A stretch of 64,000 nt of DNA from Eutreptiella sp. 'Long Island Sound 2002' (Eukaryota; Protista; Euglenida), in assembly GCA_964036045.1 (NCBI GenBank), contig OZ038378.1, positions 170,376,001 through 170,440,000 of the forward strand. Direction: 5' to 3'. The notes under the pieces are model-generated. The model had not been told where the DNA came from. It saw only the letters and a program-made list of their open reading frames with translations, and did not search any database. The position numbers were made by a program, and so were the translations under genes. Each line of letters opens with the position of its first letter. The stretch's first letter is position 1. Shown here one piece after another: positions 60,109 through 64,000 of the stretch.

Positions 60109-63100
60109 TGCGAGGCCTCGCAATGCAAGGATTCGATTTCATTTGTTTTACCAGAAGCGAATACACGGAAAATTCGCATACGGGTAATTACGACAAATAA
60201 CATTCATTTTCGAATGCGAGGCCTCGCATTCCATTTCGAAATATGCGCAAAAGGTATAGTTTCAGGAATCGAAATGCGAGGCCTCGCAATAATGGAACAG
60301 AAAACAATAAAATGGACAGATCCACCAACTACACAGCATGTGCATTCCCTTGATGCGGCGCTGCTGCATGGGCGCCCATACAGGTCCCGCCGGCATCTCC
60401 AGTTTTCATACTGTGGTCACCACTGGCTTCACTGCCCAACAGCTATGGTGGGCGGTTTGCAACTGGGTACCGCAGATGTGATCAACAAGAGAAATGTGGG
60501 ACCAGTTGACCGTTACCAGCAACCGAAAATGCGCACGCGCGGCGGATTTGCGCGCAAAGATCGCTATGCGCGTGTCGCGTGTGCAGCAATTTGCTGGCAC
60601 GAAATTTTATTTAACTGTAGCGTTAAAGGAGTCTGTTTTTTGTGGAATTGTATAATAAAATGCACATTTTTGATTCTTTTTTGATTTTGCGCGCTTGCTG
60701 CGACTGAACCGGAAAACACGGCACTCACTACGGAGGTTGAAAAGCAGACCAGAGAGCCGAGCCGCCAACCACTTCAAGGAGGAGTTCTTCAACTTATACA
60801 AAATTTTGCGCTTGCGATGCATACCCCAGCACCAGGACGAGGACGCCCCGGGTTTTGCCTCTATCGGTTGGCACAACAGGCGCCGGTTGCGCAGAACAGG
60901 ACTGCTGCGGCTGCGCGAGGAAACCATGAAGGAACGGTCCGCGGGAAAGATGCTTGAGACACGGCGATGGACGGAGAACCGGCAGGTTTGCATCTGGATC
61001 GACAATTGTTACATTAAGCAGTATGGAACGCATCCAACGATCCAGGATCAGTCGCAAAATTGCACAGCCCTTTGCGTCGTTGAGATTCCGTGCAGGTTGC
61101 CGTATTTCAGAGGACACCCAACCATAGATGTGCTCATCGGTAGCATCGGCAGTGTGGCTGCAGCGCTTGTCAGAACGAAACGGAGCTTTCATGGGATCGT
61201 GACAGACCTGGGCCTGCTTGCGGACAGACCTCCAGCAATACCGGGCATCAGGGCGCCGCTTGACATCGTGCGAGATCCACTACCAAATCCTGGTTGGAAG
61301 CCGCTGCTGCTGAGTACGCATCAGGTATCCTCGTACAAGGGCCTGGTTGAGGTGTTGGACTACATTGCATCGCTGTCAAACCACACGCACCCCATTGTGC
61401 CCATCCTCGTTGATGAGAACATACCCAAAAGATGCCTCAAGTTGCTGTACTCCGACAGAACGCAGCGGTGGAACTGGCACGAAAAACTGAAAAGGACTCC
61501 GGTCTTGTATGGCTGCTGGCATCCCTACAAATACCTTGTGACCAACGTATGGCGCCGCTTCCATTCGCTGTTTGTGTACTTCCGCTTTGGCCGCTTAGGA
61601 GTGGGAAAAACAGTAGGGTCGTACCCAAAGCTCAGAGTCATGGAGAGAACTATTGCCGGCATCCTCAAGTGTGCGCCGCATTTCCTGCGGCAGTTGCGCA
61701 GGAAAGCGAACAGGTTATGGGCTGTTGCCGATCACGGTGGGACGGCGATCGATCGACTGAAGAGTGAAGTATGTAAAGCAATGTTGAACCTTCTGCAGAA
61801 CTGGTGTCCGCTTGTCCTCTACTGTGGATTTCTCGTGAGACAATGCAACTGGTCTGGACGGCACCCTGGAACCGCCATCGACGCCCAAAATGTTTTGCGA
61901 CTTGTGTTCGTGCTTTTGATTGAGCTCGGGAGGGCTGCAGCTGAGCCTGTTGTGTATGTGAGGACCATCGGTGTTGCGTTGCTGCATTGGCAGACCTTCA
62001 ACAGCGGCCTGCCAGGATTGTGCTATGGTGAGGAGTTTGGCGAAGTCATGCTCAGTCGACTGGGGTCCATGAAGGATCGACACACTTGGGCTGTCACACC
62101 CAGCGACGTCGAAGATTTGTTTGTCCAGTTCTGCCCTGCGAGAATTAACAGACGCCTGCTGGTTAGTGGTTTGTCCTCCGACATCGAAACCGAGATCCGA
62201 CAGCGCTTGCACTCGTATGTTATTGACGACCGCCTGAGAATTCGGTACTGTCCTTGGAAGTCGGGTACGTCGACCATGGAGAGACACTGGGAGGCTGATC
62301 CAGATTTTCCGTCCGACCCTTACAGCGAGCCGGACGTGGACACATACAGAACTCTGTTAACCGATGTTTTGCGTACATTCCTGAGGCAGCCCCGGAATTT
62401 CTCACCTTCCGTAATACGATTGATGGACAACAAGGTTCCTCTGCGGTCTGATGCGCAGCGCACGAACATTCTGGACACAATCTGGGCCTTTACCGATGCA
62501 TAACATCGGGTTTAGGTTGATTCCCAACTCTGTTGTTGTTGTTGCGCGCACACCGGTGCTTTTGCTCACTACTGCGTGTTCGGAATGCGAGCCCTCGCAA
62601 TCGTCTTTTCAAAAAGTGCGTTTTTGACTATATGTTGTTACCTTAATGCGAGGCCTCGCAATACGAAGTAGGTAATTGAAGGCAAATACCTATAATGTCG
62701 ATTGCGAGCCCTCGCAATCAAAAAATAAATATGTACATTTCTCTCCCTTTTTACAGGCCTATTTCAACATGGCAGAGAGTTTGACGCCAACAAAAGCGGG
62801 TAGAGCATCACCAGACACGTCACAAGTACCATCCACGCAGGAAACGGTGCCAGAGGAGTTCTTGAGGTTCTACAAGAAGCCTTTGCAGGTGGAGGTTGAC
62901 GTTGGGAGCCTTTCCATCGACAAGAAGAAGAAGTACGGCCAGATCCGGAAGTATCAACAGACGCGAGTGGACGAGGTTATGAGAAGTCTTACGGCAAACC
63001 CCCCAGAGGAGCCCCTGACCGTGATTGCATGGCAATCACCAGGTACGTAACGCGGTCGCACCGCTGCTGTTTCATGTTCATCCTCTGAAGCCCATGTTTT

Positions 63101-63500
63101 CATCTCCAGCCGACGATTGGATCGTCATTGCAAAGCAGCACTGCGTCTGTGCGCTGAAAGCACTCCGAGACCAACGTCTTGAGAAGGGCCTCGACCCACC
63201 GCAGTGGATGCAAGTGGTGAAGGTCAACCTGTTGAAAACGGAAACCAGTTGGGCTACACGAGTAGCAATCGCCGGTCGGAAGCAGGCCATCGATCTAGAC
63301 ATCTCCGCCGTGCCACCGTCGGAAGCAGCTGACAACTTCCTTATGCATTTGCGAGATTCGCCGGCTGGGCCTGACGAGACTGCAAGGGAACACATTCACC
63401 GCACCATCCCGAAAGCCGCGAGCGGAAGTGCCTGGGTTCCACCACAAGTTTCCGACGATGAACTCCAAGTATGTTCCATTGTCGAATGCGAGGCCTCGCA
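60109..63500. promoter_or_regulatory. Seven copies of the palindrome TGCGAG(G/C)CCTCGCA
   Basis: At 60109, 60215, 60275, 62586 (variant), 62647, 62703 (variant) and 63487; none noticed elsewhere in the window. Confidence 0.7.
60695..62503 (+). CDS. Putative DDE-type transposase (Academ/DUF6589-like motif order); true start uncertain, first ATG at 60926
   Basis: VCIWID(103)N, VPILVD(240)ENI, LYGCWH(276)PYK, GE(446)EFGE(450)VMLSRL in an uninterrupted 1.8-kb ORF. Confidence 0.65.
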   Translation: MLRLNRKTRHSLRRLKSRPESRAANHFKEEFFNLYKILRLRCIPQHQDEDAPGFASIGWHNRRRLRRTGLLRLREETMKERSAGKMLETRRWTENRQVCIWIDNCYIKQYGTHPTIQDQSQNCTALCVVEIPCRLPYFRGHPTIDVLIGSIGSVAAALVRTKRSFHGIVTDLGLLADRPPAIPGIRAPLDIVRDPLPNPGWKPLLLSTHQVSSYKGLVEVLDYIASLSNHTHPIVPILVDENIPKRCLKLLYSDRTQRWNWHEKLKRTPVLYGCWHPYKYLVTNVWRRFHSLFVYFRFGRLGVGKTVGSYPKLRVMERTIAGILKCAPHFLRQLRRKANRLWAVADHGGTAIDRLKSEVCKAMLNLLQNWCPLVLYCGFLVRQCNWSGRHPGTAIDAQNVLRLVFVLLIELGRAAAEPVVYVRTIGVALLHWQTFNSGLPGLCYGEEFGEVMLSRLGSMKDRHTWAVTPSDVEDLFVQFCPARINRRLLVSGLSSDIETEIRQRLHSYVIDDRLRIRYCPWKSGTSTMERHWEADPDFPSDPYSEPDVDTYRTLLTDVLRTFLRQPRNFSPSVIRLMDNKVPLRSDAQRTNILDTIWAFTDA

Positions 63501-64000
63501 ATCCGAATATGGCTACTCATCCTCCTCATGTACAGAGTTATTCAGTCAAGGCGTTTGGACCGTTCTTCACTTGGGTGTACCATGCGGAGGACGCAGCGGT
63601 GACGTCGCTGGATAATTTCGAGAAGATGGACATGCCGGTGACGATGAACCAGCTGAAGTTCTTGCAGGGTCTGTACGAGCCATCGCTCCTACAACGGGTC
63701 GCCGCCGACATGTCGAGACCGAAAACGAACATCAAGGAAATCCAGGACCGGGCCTCTGCCTACCAGAAGCAGCAGTGGATCAATTGGCATTGGGGAGCCG
63801 CGCCGAACAACGTTATCCATCCGACCCGCAGTATGTTCCCCTCACAAGCAGGTAGGCAAACACGCAAACAAGGTAAACGCAACCTTTCCTATGTTTCCAG
63901 AGGCGAGTCCGGCAGAGAAGGTACCGTTGCACGACTGGGATGTCCTTTGGTTTCGGATCCCTTTGGGGGCTTGGCAGTGGAAACCTGAGGCTCCGTCGCC
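62769..64000 (+). CDS. Spliced gene with an N-terminal ParB/Sulfiredoxin-like domain; exons 62769-63042, 63110-63468, 63536-63830, 63901->64000
   Basis: Three GT-AG introns (67, 67 and 70 nt) join three otherwise separate frames into one ORF open to the window end; GQIRKYQQTRVDEVMRSL...PLTVIAW...WIVIAKQHCVCALKAL. Confidence 0.7.

Larger units (their letters stand above)
59839..64000 (+). mobile_element. Candidate two-gene DNA transposon (Academ/DUF6589-like transposase plus ParB-like cargo gene); right end outside the window, left end tentative
   Basis: Intact 602-codon ORF, a spliced second gene and seven shared palindromes; composition differs from the surrounding decayed repeats. Confidence 0.65.

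Noticed and set aside
59950-60684. 244-aa ORF upstream of the transposase
   Set aside because: It runs through AT-rich spacer and palindromes, has no motif, and its composition does not look coding.

Overview
Eukaryotic nuclear DNA, probably from a protist; a euglenozoan origin is plausible but is inference only. Positions 1117-49867 (+) hold the 3' two-thirds of a TOR kinase gene. It has 23 exons, 4818 coding nt (1605 aa plus stop) and covers HEAT repeats, FAT, FRB, the PIKK kinase domain and FATC, ending ...CYIGWCPFW*. All 22 introns are GT-AG (534-6858 nt), and 21 of 22 are phase 0. The introns and downstream DNA are filled with microsatellites, MITEs, a tRNA-derived SINE-like family, a truncated CGGBP1/hAT-like element and decayed retroelements. 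The most interesting region is about 59.8-64 kb, an apparently young element that runs off the window end. It carries a 602-codon DDE-type ORF with an Academ/DUF6589-like motif pattern, followed by a second gene split by 67/67/70-nt mini-introns that encodes a ParB/Sulfiredoxin-like domain. Seven copies of a 14-bp palindrome (TGCGAGGCCTCGCA) occur only in the non-coding parts of this element. All family assignments come from motif recognition by eye; no database search was run.
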